From contig NC_057718.1 of the NCBI RefSeq assembly GCF_004010195.1, positions 45,558,322 to 45,622,321 on the forward strand: a stretch of DNA of 64,000 nucleotides, written 5' to 3'. Both the position numbers and the translations under genes were made by a program. Position 1 is the first letter of the stretch. Each line of letters begins with the position of its first letter. This stretch comes from Chiloscyllium plagiosum. Taxonomy: Eukaryota. The notes under the pieces are model-generated. The model worked only from the letters and a program-made list of their open reading frames with translations. It was not told where the DNA came from and ran no database searches. Below are positions 1 to 12,379 of the stretch, one piece after another.

Positions 1-1185
1 CTTCCAATTTAGGTGCAATCCATCCTTCTTGTACAGGTCACTTCTACCCCAAGAGATTCCAATGATCCAAAAATGTGAATCCTTCTCCCATACACCAGCT
101 CCTCAGCCATGCATTCATCTGCTCTATCCTCCTATTCCTGCCCTCACTAGCTTGTAGCACTGGAAGTAATCCAGATATTACTACCCTGGAGGACCTCCTT
201 TTTAAATTTCTGCCTAACTCTCTGTAATCTCCCTTCAGAGTCTCAACTTTTCCCTTCCAATGTCGTTGGCTCCAATGTGGACAATGACCTCCTGCTGGCC
301 CCTCTCCCCCGTGAGAACATTCTGCACCCTCCGAGACATCCTTGATCCTGGCAACTGGGAAACGACACCATTCTGCTTTTTCTCTGCTGGCCACAGAAAC
401 AGGTGTCTGTACCTGACTACAGAATCCCCTAACACAATTGATTTCTTGCAAGCCGACGTACCCCTCGTTACATTAGAGCTAGTCTCAACACCAGAAACCT
501 GGCTGTTCCTGCTACGTTCCCCAGAGAATCCATCACCCCCTACATTTTCCAAAACAGCATATCTGTTTGAAATGGGTATATCCACAAAAGACTCCTGCCC
601 TAGGTGCGGACCTCTCACCCTTCCTGGAGTTAACCCATCTATGTGACTGGATCTGAGACTTTCCCCCCTTCCTATAACTGCCATCCATCACATACCGTTG
701 CAAATTCCTCATCGCTTCTATCTGTCTCTCCAAACAATCCACTCGATCTGATAAGATTTGCATCCAACAGCATTTATGGCAGATATAATCCACAGTAACC
801 CTTAAACTCTTTAACCTCCCACATCTGACAAGTAGTACAGATCACTGCAAAGACCATTTTTGCTCCTTCACAATCTACAGACCCAGAAAATAACACCATC
901 TTATTCCTCTCCAAACACTGCCCCAGGTTAAATTAATAGCTATGGCTTATATTTTCAGTTTAATCAAGAGACTTATCTCCAAAAACTATACTCACTACTG
1001 CAGCCTCTCTCTTGGACAGACTTAAAACAACAATTAACTTATCTGATTCTGTGCTGTGAACTTCGCTCAATAGCTCCTCCAAGATTAGTTGTGAATTTCA
1101 CTGTTTGTTAAACTTTCCCAGATGCACTCAGATGTCCAGTGATACACTAATTCAAACAGCAAAGGCGGTAACTGTGCAGGTTCTC
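1..1185 (-). mobile_element. CR1 LINE 5' portion (5'UTR and frameshifted ORF1 zinc finger/SGNH esterase), continuing off the left edge
   Basis: ORF pieces 533-793 (YICHKCC), 235-684 (SIVLGDSVVR, VIVHIGANDIGR) and 44-451 (VVISGLLPV...NAWLRSWC...FLDHW) carry the GDS and GxND blocks of the CR1 ORF1 esterase. Confidence 0.9.
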
Positions 1186-1254
1186 TTACCGACAAAAACT
1201 GTAGTACAATATTTTGTCCAAAAGTGTGACTCTAACCAGCTGAGTGTCTTCAAA

Positions 1255-3265
1255 TTTACTCCTACTGCCTTTATACTCTAAGGATTCACTCGATCTATCC
1301 TGTCCATACTTGACATATGTTTCCTTCTTTTTCTTGTCAAAGCCCTCAATTTCTTTAGTCATCCAGCATTCCCTATACCTACCAGCTTTTCCTTTTACCC
1401 TGACAGGAACAAACTTTCTCTGGACGCTCATTATCTCATTTCTGAAGGCTTCCCATTTTCCAGCTGTCCCTTTACCTGTGAACATCTGCCCTCAATCAAC
1501 TTTTGAAAATTCTTGCCTAATACTGTCAAAATTAGCCTTTCTCCAATTTAGAAATTCAACTTTTAGATCTGGTCTATCCTTTTCCACCACTATTTTAAAA
1601 TTAGCAGAATTATGGTCGCTGGCCCCGAAGTGCTCCCCTACTGATACCTCAGTCACCTGCCCTACCTTATTTCCCCAAGAGTAGGTCAAGATCTGCACCT
1701 TCTCTAATAGGCACATCCACATACGGAATCAGAAAATTTGTGTGTACTCACTTAAGTTCCTCTCCATTTAAATCCTTAAACATTGTGGCAGTCCCAATCT
1801 ATGTTTGGAAAGTTAAAATGCCCTATCATAGCTACCCTATTATTCTTACAGATAACAGATCTCCTTACAAATTTGTTTCTCAATTTCCCTCTGACTGTTA
1901 GGGGGGTCCATAATCCAATCACAATAAGGTTATTATCCCTTTCTTATTTCTCAGTTCCACCCAAATAACTTCCCTGGATGCATTCCGGGAATATCCTCCC
2001 CAAGTACAGCTATAATGCTATCCCTTACCAAAAGGGCCACTCCCCCTCCTCTTGCCTCCCTTTCGGGAGCATTTGTAACCTGGGACATTAAGCTGCCATT
2101 TCTGTCCATCCCTGAGTCATGTTTCTGTAACTGCTATGATATCCCAGTCCCAAGTTCCTAACCATGCCCGGAGTTCATCTGCCTTCCCTGTTAGGCCTCT
2201 TCCATTGAAATAAATGCATTTTGTTTTATCAGTCCTACCTTGTTCTCGGCTTTGTCCCTGCCTGCCCTGACTGTTTGACTCTCCTTTGTTCTCATCTGTA
2301 CCAGTCTCAGATTGATCTCTTTCCTCACTATCTGCCTCCATCCCATGCCCCCACCTTACTAGTTTAAATCCTCCCAAGCAGTTCTAGCAAATCTCCCTGC
2401 CAGTATATTAGTCCCCTTCCAATTCAGGTGCAATCTGTCCTTCTCGTACAGGTCACTTCTACCCCAGAAGAGATTCCAATTATCCAAAAGTGTGAATCCT
2501 TCTCCCATACACCAGCTCCTCAGCCATGCATTCAAATTGCTCAGTCTTCCTATTCCTATCCTCACTAGCTCACAGCACCAGGAGTAACCTAGATATTACT
2601 GCTCACGAGGATCTCCTTTTTAAACTCTTGCCTAACACTCTATTATCCCTTCAGAATCTCATCCTTTTCCCTTCCAATGTCATTGGTTCCAATGTGTACA
2701 ATGGCCTCCTGCTGGTCTCTCTCCCCCGTGAGAACATTCTGCACCCTTTGAGACATCCTTGATCCTGGCACTAGGGAAGCAACACACCATTCTGATTTTT
2801 CACTGCTGACCACTGAAACGTCTGTCTGTGCCTCGGACGAGAGGGTCCCCTTACACAATTGATCTCTTGGAATCAGATGTACTCCTCATTGCATTAGGGC
2901 CAATCTCAATCCCAGAAACTTGGGGCTGTTTGTGTCCATTCACTTCCTACATTTTCCAAAATAACGTACTTGTTTGAAGTGGGGATAGCTACATACGACT
3001 CCTGTACTACCTGCCTACCTCTCTTACTTTTCATGGGGTTAACCTGTGACTATATCTGCGCCTTTTCTCCCTTCCTATAATTGCCATCCATCACATCCCC
3101 TTGCTTTTGTAAATTCTTCATTGCCTCCAACTGTCTCTCCAACCAATCCATTCGATCAGATAGAATTCACAACCAATGGCATTTATTGCCAATATAATCC
3201 TCAGTAACCCGTAAACTCTCCCTAAACTCCAACATCCGACAAGAGCATACATCTCTGACTTCTCA
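1255..3265 (-). mobile_element. Second CR1 LINE copy: ORF1 esterase plus ORF2 APE endonuclease, 3'-truncated and frameshifted
   Basis: Contains IVHIGTNDIG and DRLHLN (esterase DxxH), CIYFNGRGL...DIIAVTET (APE endonuclease start), and GEHFGASDHN. Region 2420-3260 is clearly homologous to 1-840. Confidence 0.9.
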
Positions 3266-3374
3266 ATGATGGCATGAATAGTGGTGTATTGTGGCTTCAC
3301 AAGGTGTACCTCATTTTGGGAGAGTCCTGGTGCTGTTCAGGGTACACTCTCCTCATGGAGATTGGATTTGACCT

Positions 3375-3475
3375 CTGATGATGAAGGGCTTTTGCCCGAA
3401 GCGTCGATTGTTCCTGCTCCTCAGATGCTGCCTGCCCTGCTGTGTTTTTCCAGTACCACACTCTCAACTCTGACT
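3375..3475 (+). mobile_element. Penelope-derived terminal repeat, family A (single arm), with degenerate hammerhead core
   Basis: ctgatgatgaagggcttttgcccgaagcgtcg...gatgctgcctgccctgctgtg, homologous to the copies at 20.3, 24.4, 39.1, 49.9 and 63.2 kb. Confidence 0.75.
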
Positions 3476-3619
3476 TGATAATAATAGAGGGAGGGATAAG
3501 CTGGCCCATGAGCTTATCAATTGCAATCAAATACAATTCCACTATGCCTTCTGATGCCATCTGAAGCTGTTTAGCAAGACAGTAGTGCCACATTACATCA
3601 TGATGAACATCCTCAAGTT

Positions 3620-4730
3620 GAAATAAAAACAGAAAATGCTGGAAATACTGAACGGTTCAGCCAGCAGCTGTAGCAAGTTATTTATTTATTTGGTGAGCCT
3701 ATTGAGATGAAAGGCTATCTTAGACTTATCATACCGCCTGGCCTCAAAACTAGACCAATGTCAAACTTAACAGCATTCAATTCAACATTACATACAATAG
3801 ACAATCAGAAATTCAGAAAACCCCAACAGTGTGGAAGCAGGCCATTCAGCCCATCACATCCAAAGTGACCATCAGAGCTTCCTACCCTACCTGTAGTGCT
3901 GCAATTCCCATGGCCAATCCACCCAACCTGCACATCATTGAACACTATGGGTAATTCAGCCTGGATAATCCACCTAACCTGCAAACCTTTGGCCTGTGGG
4001 AGGAAACCAGAGCAACTGGACAAAATCCACGTAGACAATCCCAATAAGGTGACCATTCCTTTCTTATTTCCCAGTTCTATCCAAAGTAACGTTCTTGGAC
4101 ATACTCCCATGAATATCCTCCCTAAGCACAACTATAATGCTATCCCTAAATCAAAAACGCCACTCCTCTCGTCCCCCTTTCTCTCCTTCCTCTTACATAT
4201 ATACCCTGGAACATTAAGCTGCCAGTCCTATCAAATCAGGTTGACAACAAACCCTTCATTATAACAGAGGAAAACGAAATACAACAGGTTTTATGCAAAT
4301 AAAAAAAAGGGCTGTAAAGAACCAAAAAAAACTGGATTGTAGTAGAAGCCAAGAGAGATTAAAAGATCAAAATAGGGTTTGCAGTGAGGTTAAAGCAAAA
4401 GAAACAAAAAGATAAGCTCAAATGGACAGCAGCCATCTATACGGAAACTAGTGACTAAAGAAACAAATTAAACAACAAAAGAGAGGCAAAGCTGATGATC
4501 TAAAAACTGCTGAACTCCATGGTGAGTCCACAAGGCTAAAAAGGAGTACAGCAAAGAAAGAAGATGCTGTACCTCAAGCTTGTATGAAGCTTCATTGGAA
4601 CACTAACACAAAAAAACAAATCAAGAGTGGGAACAAGGTGGAGAACTGCAATGACAAACAGGAAATTCAAGGTCACATTTGTAGACTGGGCAGAGGTGTT
4701 CTACAAAACGGTTACCTGATCACAGTTGGT
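3620..4730 (-). mobile_element. Fragmented Penelope-like element: GIY-YIG endonuclease C-terminal remnant plus terminal repeat, interrupted by SINE and CR1 pieces
   Basis: Minus strand at about 4500-4610 reads roughly CSNEASYKLEVQHLL...PCGLTMEFSSF, resembling the PLE ORF end LQCSSEAQRKLEEQHLIFRLGTLQPSGLNIEF (recalled consensus). The terminal-repeat-type sequence aaaacagaaaatgctggaaatact lies at 3625-3670. Confidence 0.6.
3805..4035 (-). mobile_element. HE1/V-SINE-type SINE, 3' part
   Basis: Homologous to the 3' two-thirds of the copy at 5604-5915. Confidence 0.7.
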
Positions 4731-5209
4731 CTCTCTTACATATGTGCGTATCTTCTAAAATCTGTTATGGTCTTTACTTAAAAAAGTAAAATTCCTTTAA
4801 AGGTTATCTTACCACAAAGCCAAAGACATCAAAGCCAAGCTTATGAATGTTGCACTTCCTCTGGATATCCTCTTTAAAAGAGAAGTTGCTTCTTAAATGA
4901 CCAGGAATAATCCAAAGTTAATTTTTTTTCTCCACTGATGGAACACTGACTAACTGCAATATGCCACTGTCCTCCTTACGGAGGATAGCTAACTATCTGG
5001 GACATTCCACACCTCCGGAGTGAATTTCTAATCTGCCTCACTGATTCCTAAATTTACCAGAGAGAAGCACTTCTTGCATACTGCATGCTTTAGTGATGGA
5101 TATAAAGCAACGCAGCCAATTAAATTACTTGAAGGAGGTTCCTGGCACACTTACAGATGTCATTTTCATATTGTATTATTTCTGAATAAAGCACAAACTT
5201 GAATCTTAC

Positions 5210-5273
5210 CTGACAGGTTACATTGCAGTAGAATGCCAGTTTACAACGACCACACTTTGCCAAACCCTCTTTT
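5210..5273 (-). CDS. SMYD2: SMYD2 coding exon 2 (MYND zinc finger)
   Basis: 64-nt exon with a polypyrimidine tract and acceptor tcttctcttccAG, and donor CAG|GTAAGA. Encodes (R)KEGLAKCGRCKLAFYCNVTCQ. The phase fits exon 1 (CG+A = Arg). Intron 1 is 5274-12384. Confidence 0.95.
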
Positions 5274-5603
5274 CTGGAAGAGAAGAGATGACACATGAAC
5301 TGGGTCAAAGGCTTTACAGAAGCAGCTTAGTGGTGAGGCTCATGATTTGGCACACTGCAATTCCCTACTTTTCTCGGTGGAGTCTGAATTGTCTGCACCC
5401 AGAAAATCACCAGCACAACCATATCCAGTAGTTGAGGGTTATAAATTTTGTACAACTTATCTTCCAATGTACATAAAAAAAGTCTGACCCAATTTAACCA
5501 AGGAATCCCAAAACAGGAAAAATTGAAAGCTTAGACATATGGAAACGGCAGAAACATAAGAGCATCTTGGAGTTTCCAGCTCAAGTGCAGTCACCAGTGA
5601 CTT

Positions 5604-5915
5604 TAGATTACTTACAGTGTGGAAACAGGCCCTTTGGCCCAACAAGTCCACACCGACCCGCCGAAGCGTAACCCACCCAGACCCATTCTCCTACATTTAC
5701 CCCTTCACCTAACACTACGGACAATTTAGCATGGCCAATTCACCTAACCTGCACATCTTTGGATTGTGGGAGGAAACCGGAGCACCCGGAGGAAACCCAC
5801 GCAGACACGGGGAGAATGTGCAAACTCCACACAGAGAGTCGCCTGAGGCGGGAATTGAACCTGGGTCTCTGGCACTGAAGCAGCAGTGCTAACCACTGTG
5901 CTACCGTGCCGCCCA
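5604..5915 (-). mobile_element. HE1-like tRNA-derived SINE (V-SINE superfamily), near full length
   Basis: The 5' head GGCGGCACGGTAGCACAGTGGTTAGC (A box) ... GGTTCAATTCC (B box) is followed by the V-domain TGTGTGGAGTTTGCACATTCTCCCCGTGTCTGCGTGGGTTTCCTCCGGGTGCTCCGGTTTCCTCCCAC and a CR1-like 3' tail. Confidence 0.9.
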
Positions 5916-6230
5916 CTGAAGTACAACATTCAAAAATCAGAGGCAAACAGCATTGCCAGACTTAGCCACCACTGAACCACGGCTGACAAAAGTGGAAAGC
6001 ACTCTTGTCACAACCAGGCATTCTCTAACCAATCTGCTCAGATATTACTACACACCCCTAGAATAGGTGGGATTTGAACTCAGACTTTCTGGCTCAGAGG
6101 TTTCTCCCATGCAATATTTACCCTTCAACCAGTGTAAATAAAACATACTTGTTCATTACTACATTGCTGTACAAGAGATCTTGTCTTGTGCACACTGACA
6201 GCTATTTCCAATCCACCACAAAATTTCTAA

Positions 6231-6391
6231 GTTTAAAAATCACAACACCAGGCTATAGTTCAACAGGTTTATTTGGAAGTACAAGCTGTCGGAGCACTGC
6301 TCCTTTGTCAAGTAGCTGATGGACTTTAGCCTGGTGTGGTGATTTTTAAACTTTGTCCACTCCAGTGGAATACTGGCACCGCCACATCATT
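6231..6391. mobile_element. Penelope-derived palindromic mini-element, family B, with 10-bp TSD
   Basis: Inverted arms aaaaatcacaacaccaggcta / tagcctggtgtggtgattttt. Direct repeat aaatttctaa at 6221-6230 and 6392-6401. Confidence 0.75.
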
Positions 6392-6689
6392 AAATTTCTA
6401 AAGTACTTAATTGGCTACAAATATATTTGAGATAAGTAAGATACATTACAAAAGGTGAGTAAACTTTGTGACAATTCAGGATAATAGCCACCAACCACAG
6501 ATTCTAGTGAATGCAAAAAACACAAGGAGCATTCAAAATTTAGAACCTTCCCAAAAATTGCAACTGATGGTAAATCAACTGATGATTTTTAAAATCAGAT
6601 TGATGGAATCTGATGCCCAAAGATTGATGGAAAGAGGTTATTCCTATTTACAGAGGGATCGAAGGCTGAAGTGACCAATACTGTGCACA

Positions 6690-7200
6690 GTACTCCAGAT
6701 GAAGCAGTGCTCTGCATAACAGAAGCGTAAGCTTTCTACTTTTATATTACATTTCCCTGTAATAAATGATAACATTCATTAGATTTGCTCATTAAATACT
6801 GTACCTGCATATACAGGGACAAAGATACTCATCCATTTCATTGCTCTGCAATCTCTCATGATTTATCATTTGTAAACAGTTGAGATCCCAGCACCAATCC
6901 CTGTGGAACACCACTCATTATATCTTGCCAACCTGAAGAATTTACATTTAAATCGCTGCTTCCTGATCACCAGCCAAATCTTCCATAATGTTACACCCTA
7001 CACCATGAGATTTTATTCTCTATAGGAATGTTTCACGTGGCACCTTATCAAAGGCCTTCAGCAAATCTAAGCAGTGGTTCATCTTTTCCATAGCAGGTTA
7101 TTTGCTCAAAAGACCTCCTTCAAACATAGTTTGCCCTTCACAAAACCATGTTGACTCAGCCTAATTATTATTTTGAACTTTTCCAAATGCCTTGCTCTAA
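6690..7200 (-). mobile_element. Degenerate CR1 RT fragment
   Basis: Reverse complements of GVPQGLVLG (gatcccagcaccaatccctgtggaacacc), FDKVP and QHGFVKGK motifs. Confidence 0.7.
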
Positions 7201-7209
7201 ATTTCTTTA

Positions 7210-7455
7210 ACAGCATCCCACCCGGACCCAAATCCCATCTTATCCCAGTTACCCCACATTTCCCATGGTGAATCCACCTAATCCGCACATCTTTGGACTG
7301 TGGGAGGAAACTGGAGCACCCAGTAGAAATCCATGCTAACATGGGAGAATGTGCAAACTCCCGAGAGATAGTCACCCAATGTTGGAATAGAACCCAGGTC
7401 CCTGGGGGTGCTGAGCAGCAGCAACACTAACCACTGAGCCACTGTTCCACCCACA
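7210..7455 (-). mobile_element. HE1-like SINE
   Basis: tRNA head and V-domain homologous to 5604-5915. Confidence 0.8.
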
Positions 7456-8899
7456 GACATCATCTGGCCTGCCTAAATCCCCAACCTCAGCCAATGTGTC
7501 TCTCCTATTTGAGCCGAAAACATATTGCTCAAGGAAGTTTTACTGAATACATTTTATAATTCTTTCTACTCCCTGTCTTCCATTTACTTGAACTATTTAA
7601 ATATCAATTGGAATAATTAAAAGTCCCCTAGTACTACTACTTGCACATCTGATTTCCCTTTCAATATTTTCAGATTTAATCGAACATCCCCAGTCATCCT
7701 CAAATTTAAATCAAAATAATTCAATTTTTCACTCCTCAAAAAGGATACCCTTATTTCCAACACTACTTTTTGCCACCCCACCTTCCTCCCTATTATCCTT
7801 CACTACCTTTTCCAAGCTAATACATCCCTGAATATTATTCATTCGCTCCAAAATCAGATTCCATTAAAATGTCTTTGAAAGCATATCCCAAAATCATTAT
7901 AAGTAGAAGTCTTTTCTAACAATGACCAAAGAAATAGAATTAAGAAGAAAAAAGAAAAAACTTAAAATCTCTCCACATCTATGACTGAAATTCTTCTACT
8001 GTCAAAAGGTCCATCAGGACCAGGGCACTCCTCAACCTGCAGCTTCAACACTTGTAAAATCAAATTCTGCATCAATGCTACAATTCTTCTGTTCTACTCA
8101 AGCGCACAATTTTAATAAGAGTCCTCTCAATAGTCAATCATAGCAACCTCAACAAGATTTAAAAAGTGCAAACAGTAACCATCCTAAATTTATCTTTCAG
8201 CATTAAATCAGGATGGGCATGGATGAGGCTGCTCGTCGGATGCTGCCTGAATTGCTGTGCTCTTCCAGCACCACTGATCCAGAAGATGGATGGGGAGACA
8301 GACAAGGTTTTTTCCCTGGGGTGTGAACATCCAAGGATAGAGGGGATAGATTTTAAAAAAGGGACCTAAGGTGGGGATCTTTTCCACACAGACTGGTGAG
8401 TGTATGTAATAAGCTGCCAGAAGAAGTGGAGGAGGCTGGGACACTTACAGCATCTGGATGAACATATGAATATGAAGAGTCAAATGGGACTGGATTTAAT
8501 TAGGATATCTGGTCAGCATGTTGGACTGAAGGGCCGGTTTCTGTGCTGCATACCTCTATGACTCTGCAAGTTCCTTTTGAGCAATACGTGAGAAAGAAAA
8601 TAGAATGAAGGCTGATATAAGTCTGACAAAAAATTGCAGATTGATACAAGCCTACGAAAATTTTTATTTTGGAAACATTTCCAGAGAATGAACAGATATA
8701 CATTTGCTAACCAACCTTTAACCCCAAATTTCGATGCTCACTAAATTTCTGCTGTAGCAGAAATTCTCTGGCTTTTAAAGAAAATGCACTTTCCTGGTCA
8801 AGATGGTGGCACTTCTTATGATCAAATCTGAAAGTAAAATTTACAGAGAAGACAGGAAAAGAAGTGACTTAGAAAAAACAAACATGTCTATTTGCTCTA

Positions 8900-11300
8900 G
8901 TTCCACAAAAACAAAAATCAGCATTGCAGTTGTGCATAAGCACCCCCCACAGCATGACCCAATTGAGAACACTGCAGGTGTGCTGCCGACTATACCTGAC
9001 CATCAACAGTTATAGCAGCAACACATCACTTCCCAGGATGAGGCTGTGTTCAGTTTAAGTTTTTAAAAAGAACAAAAGAAGCAGAGAAAAAAAACTCAAA
9101 CTGGAAAAGGAGTCTGCGCTTCGGCTCCCTAGATAACCAAAGACAGAGCTTAAAACAAAGAAGGGGGAGAAAAAAAGCTGACTGAACATTTTAGTTGAAT
9201 TATTCAGTAGACAACTAAACTGAATATATAAAAAGAACAGAGGAGAATTGAAGAGATGAATAAATGAAGGTGCTGGAGAGAAAAGGTATCGGGACAGATT
9301 AATAGGCAATGTGAAAAGGAACTCCCAGATGACTTGACTCCCTTATATCAAAAGTAGGTTTTGGGGAAGAGTCAGACCAATTAGGTACAATATGGAGAAT
9401 TCTTCTGCAGGTAGAGGGTATGGTTGCAATATGAAAATGAGCACTTTGTTTTCACTGTAGATATAGCTGCCAATGTAACAACAAGGAGACAGAGAAAGTG
9501 GATGGATAAAAGGGAGGTATTTAAAATGTTATCCACAATCAAAGAAGTCACCTATCTGGGTAGATAGCACAAGATGGAAGAGGAAAACTCTAGTCATAAT
9601 CTTACAATCCATTAATACAGAGAAAGAGCCATAGATTTGCAAATGGGGCTCGCATATTCATATTCAAAATGAGAGAGAGTGAGGTAAACACAGCTATTAC
9701 AGACCAGTCAGTCAATCAAGTGTTTGTGGTAAACTAATACAGATAATATTCCGAAAAAAAAAAACTTTCACTTGAAAACGTGTGTCAATAATGTCAGCCA
9801 GCATGGGTTTGTTAAAAGCAGTCAATCACATCAAACAGAACCGGAGTTCTTTGAAAAACAAAGAGAACTGAAAGTTTTGAAGTTGATATTGCGTATATCG
9901 ATTTTCAACAGGTGTTTGGTGAAGTACTGTATAATAAGCTAATGAGAAAAATTATGTGCAAGGGATTAAGTGGACAGTGGCAATAGTGATATAAAATTGG
10001 CTACAAGAAAACAGAGAATATCAGTAAATCATGTTTTCTTGTGATGCAGCAGTAATATCCCTACCGATGGATCTCAAGGCCCAGCTTCAAGTCTAACCTG
10101 CTCCAGAGGTGTGTACTAACATATCAGAACATATGAGAAAAACGGTTTAAAATTTTAGAAAACATAAAAGGGAAGGGTAGAGTGACCAGATGTCAGCATG
10201 ACTACTCTTTACTTTCTTATGTGGATATATGAAAACGGAACAATTGCAAAATTGCTGGACGATGTGTAGCTCAAACAGCTGCAAGATATGAGCCGAGTAA
10301 AAAGGAGGATATATTGGCAAAATGAGCCAACACGACAGATGCAATATAGAATTTAAAAGAGAGACGTATTGAGGAAGAATGGGGTTGTTAAAAAGGACAC
10401 AGAATTATTGGCTTTATAAGCAGAATTTTAAGTTATCTTGGGAATGTGACTTGGAAGTAGTTCTGAGATTTACATATTATTCGAAACCTGCAGCCCATTC
10501 TAAAAGATGGGAGACTTAACAGCAATCTAGGTTTGTTCAATATCTTATCAGTTGCATGACAGTATGATCTTTTACTATAAAGTCTGTGTCTTATGATCCT
10601 GCCCCACTTGCTACCCGACAAAGGGGCAGTGCTCCAAAAGCTGATACTTCCAAATATACCTGTTGGAATATAACCTGGTGTTGTGATATTTAACTTTGTC
10701 CACCCTAGTCTGGCACCAGCATCTCCTCATCATCATAGATTACAAAAACAGAGAAATGGTGTTTATTCTTTCTTAATTGAAAAAAAAAGGTGCAGCCGCA
10801 GTTAGAGCATTGTAGCTAATTCAGGTTACCATTTTTTTGGCAGAAATGATGTCACTTGGGACAGATGGCAGAAGACATACTCGAATAGTACCAGAGTTGC
10901 AAAAATACAATTAAGGGACACAAGAGCATTTGGGGCTGCTTCTGTTAAAGCAGAAACATTCATGGGAAGATTTAATGGAAGGGGTTTAAGAGTAAATGAA
11001 GCAAAACGTGTCAGTAACTACACAGCAGAGATTTAAAATTTAATCAAAAAAAATGCAGAGGGTCCAATAAACAGAATTTAAAAGAAAAAGAAAAAAAAAG
11101 TTTTAAATTCACTGAAATGTACTGCTTGAAAGGATGCTGGAAGCAAGTTCAATGGTAACTTCCAAAATGGAATTACATCAATCTTGAAGGGAGAATGTTG
11201 CAAAGTTCTAGAGAAATACAGAGAAATTAGGCTAATTCAATAGCTCTTAAAACAGCTAGCATAGGCATTATGGACCAAAAGATTGCTGCAGCAATCCTAT
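8900..11300 (+). mobile_element. Old, heavily decayed CR1 LINE (ORF2 remnants and 3' end), containing nested small insertions
   Basis: QHGFVK (cagcatgggtttgttaaa, about 9800), DIAYIDFQ (gatattgcgtatatcgattttcaa, about 9890), and CR1-type 3' region at 10740-11300. Confidence 0.6.
10600..10735 (+). mobile_element. Penelope-derived terminal repeat, family B (single arm, degenerate core)
   Basis: cttccaaatatacctgttggaatataacctggtgttgtgatatttaactttgtccacc matches the right arm of 23456-23666. Confidence 0.7.
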
Positions 11301-12379
11301 GAACCAGTACTCCTGCAGGGTTGCTTATTTTCAGGTACTGATTCAACATCAACTGTACTTAGGCAAAAAAAGTCAAGCTTTAATACAACTACAACCTGCA
11401 CTTACAATATGGCTGCATCGATATGGGATTAGGCCCTGCCACCAGAGGGCAATAAATAAAGTGTCCATCTAACATCAAAAGTAGAAAATTCATAGAATCA
11501 GATAATTCAGCCCATCATGCTTGCAACGTGCCAGATCTTACAAACAGTTCCACTCCCTGCTCTTTTCTCATGGCCCTGCTAATTCTTTGCACTTCAGATA
11601 TCTACCTAACTCTCTTGAAAATTACTATTCAAACTAACTCCCATCACTAGTGCATTCAAGATCATAACATCTCTAAAATTCTCATCTCTGATCTGCTTAC
11701 TTTAAACATATAGCTACTGGCTACCACCTGCCACTACAAACATTTTGATTGTCTGAAATCATGAAGGATTTTAATAATATAAGTGTCTTATAAATTTATC
11801 TGAATTCTCCTCATCCCAGAATCATTTTCACACGAATTCCTCATTTCTCACATTATTAAGAATTGCAACAGCAGTTACCCTTCAGAGCAAGCATTTAATT
11901 TGCTGCAAAACAGTTTTCAAAAAACCTTTATCATATGAATCGTCTTTTCACATTCAGAACCTCTCCAAGTCTTCAACTTAAATGAACCCTCAGATTCCAT
12001 ACCAGTTGCAATTTGAGTGAAACCCACTTCAGTTCTAGTTACGAACACACAATACAAATAAAAAAACTCCAAGCAATATAAGGAGCAAGGATCATATTTA
12101 GAAGAGTCAGTGCTCATATAGAGTTAAAACATCCCATTATGATACTACAGTAACAATTAGACCTGCAAGTACTTATTCTCTGACAATACTTGATAAATTC
12201 CACTAAAATGCTTCTTTTTTTTGCAGCACTGGCAACCTTTGTGAACTTAGTGTGGTTACTCCACGTAGTAGGAACCAGAGTGAAAGCGTTGCAGTTATAT
12301 TATGGGATCCCACTGACTATTGAGAAAACATTGTTCACAGTCCCAGCAGCTGCAACGCCAGAGGTTCCAATACAACCCA

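Noticed and set aside
1..5200. SMYD2 exon 3 (expected to begin KEDW..HKLEC)
   Set aside because: I found no matching peptide in this interval. The exon presumably lies left of the window.
5604..5915. tRNA genes at the SINE heads (also 24830, 25610, 58455)
   Set aside because: A and B boxes are present, but there is no complete cloverleaf and they run directly into the V-SINE body.
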